A stretch of DNA of 64,000 nucleotides from Planctomycetota bacterium (GCA_965223505.1 CBDCWP010000026.1:1-64000), one strand, 5' to 3'; shown: positions 30,188 through 39,871, numbered from the stretch's first letter. Program-made: numbers and translations. Notes: generated by a model from the letters alone, not told the origin.

Positions 30188-30315
30188 CGAGAGGGATCTC
30201 CACTCCCTGTATCGACGCGCCCACCGCCCCCGCTGTAGGAAAACGTCGGTTCCCAGCGTACCCGGCGGCGGCCCTCGCGCGAGGACAAGGCAGTCGACCT
30301 GCCGGAGTGCCCCCG

Positions 30316-30978
30316 ATGCCCGCACCGCTCACGTTCCTTGTCACGCTTCTTCTAGCCCTCGTCGCCGCCGCAGGCCCCGCGCTGGCGGAGTCCATCGAGA
30401 CGTTCTCGCTCGACGGCGCTCTCGGCGACGGCGACAGCCAGTGCCTGAGCCAAGACACCCTCACCGTGACGCGAACGGGGCTCTCGGTGGGCGACGTCAC
30501 GTTCGACGTGGTGCTGACCGTCGTCGGCTCGAACGATCTCAACCAGGTGAGCTCGGGGCTGGGCGTCGACGGCGGCTCGAACCCCATCAACGACGGCGAG
30601 CACCTGACGTTCTCGCTCGAGATCAAGAACGAGAAAGGCGGAACGGTCACCTTCGACGGGTTCTCGGAGGTCGACTTCACCTTCTTCGGCGCGGACGGGG
30701 AGCAGGCCGTCTTCAGCAAGGACGACAGCCTGACCTCCACGAGCGACAACTTCCTGATCGCGGAAGGAAGCGACGACGACCCCGCGGATCTCTCGGACAC
30801 GTCGCCACTGGCGTTCACGCTCTTCGGCCACGACGACGGGGGCACCGTCTCCTTCCGCGTGGACTCGATCGACGCCGCGTTCAGCGCGGCCTCGCCCGTA
30901 CCCGAGCCGGCGTCGGCCTTGCTGCTGGGGACCGGCGTCCTCGTCGTCGCCCTGCGGCGACGACGCTGCGCGTCCTGA
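30316..30978 (+). CDS. PEP-CTERM sorting-domain surface protein
   Basis: Signal peptide; acidic Ser/Thr/Gly-rich body; C-terminal VPEPASALLLGTGVLVVALRRRR. Confidence 0.9.
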   Translation: MPAPLTFLVTLLLALVAAAGPALAESIETFSLDGALGDGDSQCLSQDTLTVTRTGLSVGDVTFDVVLTVVGSNDLNQVSSGLGVDGGSNPINDGEHLTFSLEIKNEKGGTVTFDGFSEVDFTFFGADGEQAVFSKDDSLTSTSDNFLIAEGSDDDPADLSDTSPLAFTLFGHDDGGTVSFRVDSIDAAFSAASPVPEPASALLLGTGVLVVALRRRRCAS

Positions 30979-31006
30979 TCACGTCGCGCGGGTAGACTCC
31001 CGCCCC

Positions 31007-31849
31007 GTGAGCACCGCCGTCGAGAACGCAGATCTGGCCGCCTATCTCGCGTACCTCCGTGCGCACGGGGCCCAGTTCGACGTGTCACCGGCGTTGCGCC
31101 GCGACCGCGATCACACGGAGCGCACGTTGGCTCCGTGCAAGGACAAGTGGGCCGACATCGACTGGGACGGGCTGCCGCACATTCGCGAGCGCCGGGACCC
31201 GGCGGCCGGGTTCGTCGCGGACCACGCGACGGAGATGATCGCGCGCTGCTACACCAACCCCGCGGTCTTCGAGCCCGGGTGCCGGGTGTGGGACGTCGGC
31301 TGCGGCACCGGCGTCCTCGGCGTGCTGGCGCTCGTCATGGGCGCGAAGGAGGCCCTGGGAACGGACATCTCGCTCGACGCGCTCGAGCTCGCCGATGCAA
31401 CCGCCGGCGCCGCGGGCGTCGCGTTCCCGATGTACGTCGGCTCGGTCCTCGACGCCGTGCCGGTGGAATGCGCCGCGGATCTCGTGACAGCGAACCTGCC
31501 GCACAAACCGTGTCCGCAAGACCGCATGCTGCAAGTCTCGCAGAACGGCGGGCCGGAAGGCGACGAGCCGCACGCGCTGCTCGCCGCGCAAGCGTCGGAG
31601 CGTCTCTCCCCGGGCGCCCGCGTGTTGTTCTTCCTGCACTCGCTCCCCCACCCGCGCCTCCTGGGTCACTACCAGGCGTCGTTCGACCTGACGCTGCTCG
31701 CATGGAAGTACCGGTTTCTCGGCGATGGCGAATACGGCGCGCTGGAAGAGGTCTTCGCGAAGCGCTGCAGCGAGGGGCGCAGCTTCATCGTCGAGCGCGA
31801 CGGCCGGCGCGCATTGATCGCCTGCGCCTGGATGGCGAGGCGCAAGTGA
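31007..31849 (+). CDS. Class I SAM-dependent methyltransferase, HemK/PrmC-like
   Basis: VWDVGCGTGVLG, GTDIS, ANLPH (NPPY-like motif IV), GGPEG. Confidence 0.85.
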   Translation: MSTAVENADLAAYLAYLRAHGAQFDVSPALRRDRDHTERTLAPCKDKWADIDWDGLPHIRERRDPAAGFVADHATEMIARCYTNPAVFEPGCRVWDVGCGTGVLGVLALVMGAKEALGTDISLDALELADATAGAAGVAFPMYVGSVLDAVPVECAADLVTANLPHKPCPQDRMLQVSQNGGPEGDEPHALLAAQASERLSPGARVLFFLHSLPHPRLLGHYQASFDLTLLAWKYRFLGDGEYGALEEVFAKRCSEGRSFIVERDGRRALIACAWMARRK

Positions 31850-32652
31850 ATGCGCGGCTGATCGTCAACGCCGACGACGGTGGGCTCGCTGCCTCGACCG
31901 ACGCGGCGATCCTGCGCTGCGCGCGGGAGGGCATCGTCGGCTGCGCGTCCGTCGTCGTCAGCGGCACGAGCGCGGCGACGTTCGTCCGCGACGCCGCTTC
32001 CATCGGCATCGACCTCGGCCTGCATCTGAACCTCACCGAGGGCCGCTCGCTCACCGGCGGGCCGGCGCTCCTGACGGACGACGACGGCTCGTTCAAGGGA
32101 CCGAAACAAGCCGTCTGGGCGTGGGGCGCGACGACCGACACGCCGCCGCCGGGACTCGTCGAGGAGATCCGCGCCCAGTGGCAGCGGCTGTGCGAGCTCG
32201 GCGCCCGTCCGACCCACGTGAACGGCCACAATCACGTCCACGTGCTGCCGCCCGTGTTGCACGCGTTGCGCGAGGCGCTGGAAGACGAGACGGTCTACGT
32301 GCGCATGCCGCACGAGGCCCACGCCGGTCACGTCCCGCCCTTTCCGCTCGAAGCGCTGTGCGCCCGGGCGCGCGATCGGTTGCCGGGGCGCTGGCGCGCG
32401 ACGGACGGGTTCGTCGGATACGGCTTCTGCCACGCGCCGTCCGTCGAGACGTTGCTCGACAGCCTGCCGGAGCCGCGCGGCACCACGGAGCTGATGGTGC
32501 ATCCCGGCGGACGCAGCGGCTCGCCGTTCGGCGAAGCACCGGAGCGGGAGGCCGAGGTCGAGGCGCTCTGTGACGGCAGCCTCCTGCCGCGCCTCGAGGC
32601 GCGGGGCTATGCACCGGCCACGTTCCGGGACCTGCTTCGGGAGCACGCATGA
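31846..32652 (+). CDS. YdjC/ChbG/HpnK-family carbohydrate deacetylase
   Basis: GTG at 31846 overlapping the upstream TGA; LIVNADDGG, GLHLNLTEG, HVNGHNHVH, ELMVHPG. Confidence 0.9.
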   Translation: MNARLIVNADDGGLAASTDAAILRCAREGIVGCASVVVSGTSAATFVRDAASIGIDLGLHLNLTEGRSLTGGPALLTDDDGSFKGPKQAVWAWGATTDTPPPGLVEEIRAQWQRLCELGARPTHVNGHNHVHVLPPVLHALREALEDETVYVRMPHEAHAGHVPPFPLEALCARARDRLPGRWRATDGFVGYGFCHAPSVETLLDSLPEPRGTTELMVHPGGRSGSPFGEAPEREAEVEALCDGSLLPRLEARGYAPATFRDLLREHA

Positions 32653-33638
32653 CGATCCGCGTCGCGATCGTCACGAACGCGCTCGGGCCGCCGACGCGCG
32701 GCAACGGCACCACGGTGCAGCGCTGGCTCGGCTGGCTGCCGGACGTGGACGTCGATGCGTTCGTCGTCGATCCGAGCGGCGACCTCACCTTCGACGGCCC
32801 CGCGCCCGACGTCGTTCACGGCTATCACGCCCTGCACGGCGGAGAGGCCGCGATCCGCCTCGCGGACCGGGTCGACCGTCCGCTGATGGTCAGCATCGGC
32901 GGTACGGACCTGTTGTCGTTGCGCACGGGCGAGGGCGAGGTCGAACGCTGCCGCCGGGTCTTCGAGCGCGCGGACCTGGTGACCGGCGCCGTCGCCTCGT
33001 TCGGCGAGGTTTTGGGCGAAGTCCCGTACGCGGTCGTCCCGCGCGGGGTGCACGTGCCCGACACGCCTCCCTCGAAGCCCGACGGCCGGCTGAGCGTGCT
33101 CCTGCCGGCGGGCCTGCGCCCGGTCAAGGACCCGCTGCTCGCCATCGAGATGGCCGACGTCCTCATCGAACGCGGCGTGGAAATGCACCTGCTCATCCTC
33201 GGCCCAACGCTGGACGACGACTACGCGTCGCGCGTTCTCGAAGCGGCGGCATCGCGCGAACACGTGACGCTGGGCGAGGTCGAACGCGACCAGATGCCGG
33301 CCGCCTACGCGGATGCGCACGTCGTGTGGAACACGTCCTTCCACGAGGGAGGCTCGAACGCCGTGCTCGAAGCACTGGCCCATGGCTGCGAGGTGTACGT
33401 GCGCAACGCGCCGGGCAACTACGACGTCCTGCACGACCTGGAGGCGCCGGGGCGCCTGTTCGGGCCGGGCGACTGGGAGGACCTGGAGTCGTTCCATCGC
33501 TGGCTGTTGCAGGAAAGCGACGACCAGCGCGCGGAGCGCGTGGAGCTCACCCGTCGCTGGTTGCTCGCGAACCACAGCTCGGCGTCCGAGGTGCGCGCCT
33601 TGCGCGCCGCATACGACCGGCTACGCGCGGTGACGTAG
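32649..33638 (+). CDS. GT-B (GT4-like) glycosyltransferase, SenB/GLT1D1-like
   Basis: GNGTTVQRW, HGYHA, GGTD, PAGLRPVKDP, NTSFHEGGSNAVLEAL; ATGA coupling to the deacetylase. Confidence 0.82.
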   Translation: MTIRVAIVTNALGPPTRGNGTTVQRWLGWLPDVDVDAFVVDPSGDLTFDGPAPDVVHGYHALHGGEAAIRLADRVDRPLMVSIGGTDLLSLRTGEGEVERCRRVFERADLVTGAVASFGEVLGEVPYAVVPRGVHVPDTPPSKPDGRLSVLLPAGLRPVKDPLLAIEMADVLIERGVEMHLLILGPTLDDDYASRVLEAAASREHVTLGEVERDQMPAAYADAHVVWNTSFHEGGSNAVLEALAHGCEVYVRNAPGNYDVLHDLEAPGRLFGPGDWEDLESFHRWLLQESDDQRAERVELTRRWLLANHSSASEVRALRAAYDRLRAVT

Positions 33639-33660
33639 ACAACGTGGACGGTACGTAGAC

Positions 33661-34437
33661 CTAGTCGAACAGCGCGACGACGGGAACGTGATCGGATGGC
33701 TTGGAGTCCTTGCGCTCCTTGCGCTCGTCGCGATCGATCTCGACGCCGACGCACCGGTCCCACATGGGCGTCGTACCGAGCACGAGATCGATACGCAGGC
33801 CCTTGTTGCGCTGGAATCCGCCCGCCCGGTAGTCCCACCACGTGTACAGCCCGGCTTCGTCGTGGTGCTTGCGCAACAGGTCCCCGAATCCCCAGTCGAA
33901 GAAGGCCCGCAGGGTCGCGTGCTCGAGGGGGTGGAAGTGGACCTTGCCCTTCCAGAGCTCGGGATCGTGCACGTCACGTTCGTCGGGCGCGATGTTGAAG
34001 TCGCCGAGCAACACGACGGGATCGGACGGCTCGTGCGCCGCGCGGATCGAGGCGAGCAACCGATTCAGCCACCCGATCTTGTAGGGAAAGAACTCGCTCT
34101 CGACGCGCTTGCCGTTCGGAACGTACACGCCGACGACGCGCACGCCGGCGAACGTGCCGGCAATCACGCGCGCTTCGGCGTCCTCCTCGTCGTCCGGGAT
34201 GCCGCGAACGACGTCTTCCGCGGGCGCGCGAGAGATGAACGCGACCCCGTTGTACGTCTTCTGGCCGAAGGTCTCGACGTGGTAGCCGAGCGACTCGAAC
34301 GCGTCGCGCGGGAAGGCGTCGTCGACGACCTTGATCTCCTGCAGGCAGAGCACATCGGGCTCGTTCTGCTCGATCCAGGCGATCGCGCGCTCCAGGCGCG
34401 TCCGAATTGAGTTGACGTTCCACGTGACGATCTTCAT
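33661..34437 (-). CDS. xthA: Exodeoxyribonuclease III
   Basis: MKIVTWNVNSIR, LQEIK, YNGVA, YVPNG, GDFNIAP, YTWWDYR, GLRID, SDHVPV. Confidence 0.95.
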   Translation of the reverse strand: MKIVTWNVNSIRTRLERAIAWIEQNEPDVLCLQEIKVVDDAFPRDAFESLGYHVETFGQKTYNGVAFISRAPAEDVVRGIPDDEEDAEARVIAGTFAGVRVVGVYVPNGKRVESEFFPYKIGWLNRLLASIRAAHEPSDPVVLLGDFNIAPDERDVHDPELWKGKVHFHPLEHATLRAFFDWGFGDLLRKHHDEAGLYTWWDYRAGGFQRNKGLRIDLVLGTTPMWDRCVGVEIDRDERKERKDSKPSDHVPVVALFD

Positions 34438-34446
34438 GGCGCCTTT

Positions 34447-34472
34447 GTACGGGGCGACCCTTGTGGTCGCCC
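34447..34472. repeat. Single degenerate REP unit
   Basis: GTACGGGGCGACCCTTGTGGTCGCCC matches the REP arm seen at 18729 and 44124. Confidence 0.65.
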
Positions 34473-34540
34473 ACGAACAACGGTATCGAAGGCACCCGAG
34501 CGAGCGTCCCCGACGTTTCGCACGCCCCCCGGGAGACGGC

Positions 34541-36334
34541 ATGGAGAACGCGGACAAGCTGCTGATCGGCCTGGCCGCGTTGCTCGGGCTGGGCACGGCG
34601 GCGCAGTGGCTCGCGTGGCGGCTGCGCGTGCCGTCGATCCTGCTCCTGCTCCCCTTCGGGTTCTTCGCCGGCACCGCCTACACGGGCCTCGTGGACCCCA
34701 CCTTCCTGCTGGGCGATCTGCTGTTCCCGATCGTCTCGGCTTCCGTCGGCATCCTGCTGTTCGAGGGCGGCCTGAGCCTGCGCTTCAAGGACCTCAAGCA
34801 GCACGGCAAGGTCGTCGTACGCCTCGTGACGCTAGGGGCGCTCCTGACGTGGGGCCTCGGCGCCCTGGCGGCGTATGGGCTCCTCGACGTCTCTCTCAAC
34901 ATCGCGGGGCTGATCGGAGCCGTACTGATCGTCTCGGGCCCGACGGTCGTCATGCCCCTGCTGCGGCACATCAAGCCCAGCGGTCCCACCGGCGCGATCC
35001 TGAAGTGGGAAGGCATCGTCATCGATCCGATCGGCGCCGTGGTCGCGCTGCTGGTGTTCGAGGGCATCCTGGGGCACGACGCGACGGACACGCTGTACGG
35101 GATCTGGCGAACCCTGCTCGCGGGCACCGTCTTCGGCGGGCTCGGTGCGTTGCTCGTGCGCGAGATGCTGCGCCGCTACTGGGTCCCCGATCACCTGCAC
35201 GTGCCCTTCGTTCTGGGCCTGGTGCTCGGCGCGTTCACGGCCGCCAACACGATGCAGCACGAGTCCGGACTCCTCGCGACGACCTTCATGGGCATCCTGC
35301 TCGCGAATCAGAAGAAGGTCTCGGTCAAGCACATCCTGGAGTTCAAGGAGAACTTGAGCGTCCTGCTGGTATCGAGCCTCTTCATCCTGCTCGCGGCGCA
35401 GCTCAGCCCCGATCAGCTGCGCGTGATCGGTGTCGGTGCGTTCCTCTTCCTCGGCGTGCTGGTGCTGATCGCGCGACCGCTCGTGGTGGCGGTCTGCGCC
35501 TGGCGCTCCGAGCTCTCGCTCAAGGACAAGACCCTGCTTGCGTGGTTGTACCCGCGCGGCATCGTCGCCGCTGCCGTCGCGTCCGTCTTCGCGTTCCGGT
35601 TGAAGGAGGCGGGCATCGCCGGGCACGACCTCATCGTGCCCATCACCTTTCTCGTGATCGTCGGCAGCGTCGTGCTGTACGGGTTGACGGCCGGACCGCT
35701 CGCCAAGCGTCTCGGTTTGTCGACGCCGAACCCCCAGGGCGTGATGTTGATCGGCGCGCAAGGCTGGGCTCGCGAGATCGCGACCGCGCTAAAGGAGCTC
35801 GACGTACCGATCCTGATGGTGGACTCGAACCGGCACAACGCGCGTCAGGCGCGCTTGCTCGGCCTCAACACGTATACGGGGAACGCGTTGTCCGAGTTCG
35901 CCGAGGACAACCTCGACCTCGCCGGCATCGGCCGCGTACTGGCGTTGACTCCCAACGACGAGGTCAACAGCCTCGTGTGCCTACGCTTCTTGCACGTGTT
36001 CGGACGGCAGGAGGTGTACAAGCTGGTGACCCAGCGCGCGGACGTCGAAACCGAGAAGGCGTCGACGGACACGGGACGCGCGCTCTTTGCCGAGGACGCG
36101 ACCTACAAGGCGCTCCGCGAGCGCTTCTCCCGCGGGGCGACCATCCGCGCAACCAAGCTCACGGAGCAGTTCGGATTCGACGAGTTCCGCGCCGAACACG
36201 GCTTGACGACGTGGCTGCTCTTCTCGGTCGGCGAGAAGGGCACGGTGCGGATCAATGCGTTGGACCAGCCGCTGGAGCCCAAGGTCGGCCAGACACTCGT
36301 CGCGGTCGTGGAACCGTCCCCAACCAAGCCCTGA
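34541..36334 (+). CDS. Cation:proton antiporter (CPA1/NhaP-like) with C-terminal TrkA-N-like domain
   Basis: ILLFEGGL, GPTVV.PLL, KWEGIVIDPIG, ESGLLA, PRGIVAAAVAS; about 12 TM segments. Confidence 0.92.
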   Translation: MENADKLLIGLAALLGLGTAAQWLAWRLRVPSILLLLPFGFFAGTAYTGLVDPTFLLGDLLFPIVSASVGILLFEGGLSLRFKDLKQHGKVVVRLVTLGALLTWGLGALAAYGLLDVSLNIAGLIGAVLIVSGPTVVMPLLRHIKPSGPTGAILKWEGIVIDPIGAVVALLVFEGILGHDATDTLYGIWRTLLAGTVFGGLGALLVREMLRRYWVPDHLHVPFVLGLVLGAFTAANTMQHESGLLATTFMGILLANQKKVSVKHILEFKENLSVLLVSSLFILLAAQLSPDQLRVIGVGAFLFLGVLVLIARPLVVAVCAWRSELSLKDKTLLAWLYPRGIVAAAVASVFAFRLKEAGIAGHDLIVPITFLVIVGSVVLYGLTAGPLAKRLGLSTPNPQGVMLIGAQGWAREIATALKELDVPILMVDSNRHNARQARLLGLNTYTGNALSEFAEDNLDLAGIGRVLALTPNDEVNSLVCLRFLHVFGRQEVYKLVTQRADVETEKASTDTGRALFAEDATYKALRERFSRGATIRATKLTEQFGFDEFRAEHGLTTWLLFSVGEKGTVRINALDQPLEPKVGQTLVAVVEPSPTKP

Positions 36335-36399
36335 GCGTGCGGAAATTCACAGGGAATTCGGCCGGGCCCGGCGGCCTGATTCGGGGCCCGCGCCGCGGG

Positions 36400-36427
36400 T
36401 TGACCGTCCGGTGGCGAGGGGTAGGGT
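36400..36427 (+). promoter_or_regulatory. Putative sigma70 promoter for citrate synthase
   Basis: TTGACC (36400-36405), 16-nt spacer, TAGGGT (36422-36427). Confidence 0.5.
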
Positions 36428-36461
36428 GATCTTCCCAACTTCCCTCGCAGAGGATCGCAAC

Positions 36462-37643
36462 ATGTCCACCGAAGCAGCCACGACCGACAAGGTGCTGTTC
36501 GAAATCACGGAGTCTCACCTCAACACGGGCTTGCGGGGCTTTCCCGTCGGCACGTGCCGCACGAGCGCAGTCGACCCGGTCAACGGCGTCACGTACGGCG
36601 GCTACACGCTCGAGGACCTTCAAGACCTTCCGGCGGAAGACATCATCTTCCTGCTGCTGAACAAGAACCTCCCGAACGCGGAAGAGGCCGCGGCGTTGCG
36701 CGCCGACATGGCCAAGCGCAGTGCCATCGATCCGCGCGTCTTCGATGCGCTCCGCGCGCTGCCCAAGGACGGCCACCCGATGGAGTGGTTGATCGCGGGT
36801 CTCGTCTTCCTCGGTATGACCGGCAAGACGGAGGACTACCGCGAGGACTGCCTGAACCTGATCGCGCGCATCAGCACGTTGTCCGCGGCGATCTTCCGCA
36901 TTCGCGAAGGCTGGGGTGATCCCATCGAGCCGCGCGAGGACCTTCCGTTCCACGAGAACTTCGCCCACATGATCGGCGTCGAGGGCGCGTCCGAGGTGTT
37001 GCCGGAGTTGCTGCGTCTCTTCTACATCCTGCACATGGACCACGGCGGCGGGAACCTCTCGACGTTCGTCGGCAAGGCGGTCGCGTCCGGCAAGTCGCAC
37101 ATGTACACCTCGATCGCGTCCGCGATGGCGGCGCTCTACGGCCCGCGGCACGGCCGCGCGAACCAGGAGTGTCTCGCGTTCGTGAAGGAGATCGGAACGC
37201 CGGACAAGGCGCAGGCCGAGAAGCGCGTCCGCGAGATCATGGCGAGCGGCGGGCTGGTCTACGGCTTCGGACACGCGGTGCTCCGCCAGGAAGATCCTCG
37301 CGCGAAGATCCAGTACGCCTTCGGCCAGGAGCACTTCCCCGACAACGAGCTCGTCCAGACGGCGCTCACGTTGCGCGAGGTCGTGCCGCCGATCCTGAAG
37401 GAGAACCCCAAGATCCAGAACCCGTATCCGAACGTCGACGCGATCTCCGGCAGCCTCCTGACGGCCGCCGGCCTGCCCGACCCGGACTACTACACGCTGC
37501 TCTTCGGCTGGTCGCGCGTCGCGGGCATCGCGTGCCAGATCGTGGACGAGCGCAACTTCCCGGGCAAGAAGGACGGCCTGGCCATCTACCGCCCGAAGTA
37601 CATCGCGCAGGACCAGCCGCGCCGCACCCGCGCCGACGGCTAG
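36462..37643 (+). CDS. Citrate (or 2-methylcitrate) synthase
   Basis: HMDHGGGNLST, GPRHGRAN, GFGHAVLR.EDPR, YPNVD; start MSTEAA at 36462. Confidence 0.92.
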   Translation: MSTEAATTDKVLFEITESHLNTGLRGFPVGTCRTSAVDPVNGVTYGGYTLEDLQDLPAEDIIFLLLNKNLPNAEEAAALRADMAKRSAIDPRVFDALRALPKDGHPMEWLIAGLVFLGMTGKTEDYREDCLNLIARISTLSAAIFRIREGWGDPIEPREDLPFHENFAHMIGVEGASEVLPELLRLFYILHMDHGGGNLSTFVGKAVASGKSHMYTSIASAMAALYGPRHGRANQECLAFVKEIGTPDKAQAEKRVREIMASGGLVYGFGHAVLRQEDPRAKIQYAFGQEHFPDNELVQTALTLREVVPPILKENPKIQNPYPNVDAISGSLLTAAGLPDPDYYTLLFGWSRVAGIACQIVDERNFPGKKDGLAIYRPKYIAQDQPRRTRADG

Positions 37644-37666
37644 ACACCCCTACACGACCCCACACC

Positions 37667-37704
37667 GAGCCGCCGGCGCCGCGAGGCCCGGCGGCTCTCG
37701 CTTT
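37667..37704 (+). terminator. GC-rich hairpin after citrate synthase
   Basis: GAGCCGCCGG-C-GCC-GCGA-GGC-CCGGCGGCTC followed by TCGCTTT; weak U-tract. Confidence 0.55.
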
Positions 37705-37804
37705 GATCCGGGACGTTCGTTGGGCTGAGCGCGGCATCCGCGGCCCGGACTTGTTAGCCGGAAGTTGCCGGCATTCTTGACAGTGCGACGCCGGTCTTGC
37801 CGAA

Positions 37805-39595
37805 TTGAATCTCGTGAAGACGCTCCGCACCCTTCTCCTCGAAAGCCGGCCGAGCTTCGCCATCCGCCGCGGCGCGGCGTTCTTCATCGAGGCGGTGCTC
37901 TGGGCCTCCGGCATCACGGCGTTGGAGGTCAGCGCGCGGTTCGCGAAGACGGACGCGTCCGATCTGATGGCCGTGGCATGCGGAACACTCTTCATCTTCG
38001 TGATGGTGCGCGCGTCCAAGTCGGGGTTGCTGATCGCGACGCGCCACATCGGCGGCGCGCTCGTCGCCCGCTGCAAGCAGGCCGTCAAGCGTCTGACCCC
38101 GCGGTATGCCGTTGCGTTTCGCTCGCGACCCGAGGTGCCGTCGAAACCGGATGCCGCGCTCGACGTGGCGCTCTGGATCGGCGCGGTCGCCGCGGCCACG
38201 TTCGTCGCCTTCGGCGCGCAGATCTTCGACGGGCTGCTGTTTCTCAAGACGGACGTCTCGTACACCGTGTACCTCGTCCTGCTGGCGTTCGTCTGGGCCG
38301 TCCTCGCATTCGTCGTGTTCCTCGGTGCCGTTGCCGGCGCGCAATGGGTGCAGCAGATGGGCGGAGGCACGCGCACGGCGCCCACGCTGATCCTGTGTCT
38401 GGGTTGGCTCGCGGGCATGCTCGTCACCGCCATCGTCCCGGGGATCGTTTCGGTTGCCGCGGTCGCCCTCTTCGCGGGCATCCGCATCCGTTGGCTGTGG
38501 CGGCGCCCGCGCACGCCGTATCTGTTCTGCCGGCGCGATGCCGACGGCTACCCGCGCACGGTCCGCGTCGGACACTATCTCGTACAGGCGTACTTCCTGA
38601 TCGCGCTGCTGCTGATGTCCGTCGTTGCCGTGGGCCAGTCGCAGCGGATGTGGAGCGTGGCGTTGCCGGAGGGGCCCTTCGCGCTGACGACCGGACTCGG
38701 GACGTTCGCAGCGGTGAGCGCCGTTTTCTTGATGGCCCGGGTGGGCGCGCACTTCCATCGGTTGACGGGCAGCCGGCACCCGCCGGAGCTGCCCCTACGA
38801 CCGACGGCCTGGAGTCGCGAGCCCGACGAAACCGACGAACGCGCCGGCGAGACGCAGTGGATGCGTGTCGCCCGCGAGCACGGCTGGACCGTGACGCGAG
38901 GACCGCGCGCGCCGTCGGACGGCTACGATCTCGTGGCGGGCGACCCGAGCGACAGCCGGCGCTTCGTGCCGCGACCGGACCAGGACGACGCCGATACGTT
39001 CTTCCAGCTCCAACGCCGCTTCCACGTCGTGATGCGCCGGCGCTTCTACCGGCCGTTCAAGCGCCTGTACAAGGCGCTTCGCGCGAAGCGTTCCTACCAG
39101 GGATCCGGCTTCCTGTTCTGCCCGCATGTCTGGCTCGTGGCGGGCGTCGTACGTGACGTGGACCCGCAGGCGGTCCGGGGCTCGGGTTCGCTGGTCGGGC
39201 CGAGCTACGTCGGACCGCTCTACGGCGATCTGTTCGAGCCGCGGGTACGCCGCTATCTCGGCAACGTGTTGCGCAAGCTCGAGATCGACATCGTGTTCTG
39301 GGAGGACGCCATCCGGTACCCGGAGCTTCGACGCGTGTTCGGCGTCGCGTTCGAGATCTACGACCAGGACCGCGCGCCGCTGCAAGCGCGGCACTTCGTC
39401 GGCGTGCCGAAGGTGCGCGTGATGATCCACGAAGAGGACGCGGAATCCGACGGCAGCGGCAGCAGTGCGGGCCGCCCGACGCAGGCACCGGGCTACGCAC
39501 GCGTGTTGGTGATCATGCGCGACCGCAGCGAGGACGAGGACGTCATGTCGCTCGATCCGGAAGATGCGTCGTTGCGCAGCCCCGCGCTCGTGTAG
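37805..39595 (+). CDS. Hypothetical multi-pass membrane protein with soluble C-terminal domain
   Basis: About 8 TM segments in the N-terminal half, then a globular region; start uncertain (TTG 37805 or GTG 37814). Confidence 0.75.
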   Translation: MNLVKTLRTLLLESRPSFAIRRGAAFFIEAVLWASGITALEVSARFAKTDASDLMAVACGTLFIFVMVRASKSGLLIATRHIGGALVARCKQAVKRLTPRYAVAFRSRPEVPSKPDAALDVALWIGAVAAATFVAFGAQIFDGLLFLKTDVSYTVYLVLLAFVWAVLAFVVFLGAVAGAQWVQQMGGGTRTAPTLILCLGWLAGMLVTAIVPGIVSVAAVALFAGIRIRWLWRRPRTPYLFCRRDADGYPRTVRVGHYLVQAYFLIALLLMSVVAVGQSQRMWSVALPEGPFALTTGLGTFAAVSAVFLMARVGAHFHRLTGSRHPPELPLRPTAWSREPDETDERAGETQWMRVAREHGWTVTRGPRAPSDGYDLVAGDPSDSRRFVPRPDQDDADTFFQLQRRFHVVMRRRFYRPFKRLYKALRAKRSYQGSGFLFCPHVWLVAGVVRDVDPQAVRGSGSLVGPSYVGPLYGDLFEPRVRRYLGNVLRKLEIDIVFWEDAIRYPELRRVFGVAFEIYDQDRAPLQARHFVGVPKVRVMIHEEDAESDGSGSSAGRPTQAPGYARVLVIMRDRSEDEDVMSLDPEDASLRSPALV

Positions 39596-39754
39596 ACCGC
39601 TCATTCTCGCGGGGATCCGCAATTCGCACCGCCGGCGCGCCGTCCTCGTCTCCATGGGCGGGAATTCGGGTATCCCGAACAACAGCCTTGCAGTAGTCTC
39701 TGCGCCCGATTCGACCGCGTCGAGAGGCCGGTCCAAACAAGGAGGAAACGCTCG

Positions 39755-39850
39755 ATGCGTAAGGTCATCACACTTCTCGTTCTCACCGTCGTCTGCTTCG
39801 GCATTGCGGCCTGCACCAGCGGCGGCGGCTGCTCGACCTGCGGCGGCTAG
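39755..39850 (+). CDS. 31-aa Cys-rich lipopeptide MRKVITLLVLTVVCFGIAACTSGGGCSTCGG
   Basis: AAGGAGG RBS at 39739-39745; type II signal peptide with lipobox IAAC; TAGTAG double stop; own terminator; below the ORF-track length cutoff. Confidence 0.82.
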   Translation: MRKVITLLVLTVVCFGIAACTSGGGCSTCGG

Positions 39851-39871
39851 TAGAACGAAATCGCTGGATTC

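Noticed and set aside
39661..39695. Possible sigma54 promoter (TTGCA) and TTCGGG-TAT-CCCGAA palindrome upstream of the lipopeptide gene
   Set aside because: No GG at the -24 position; the short palindrome alone is not enough to call a site
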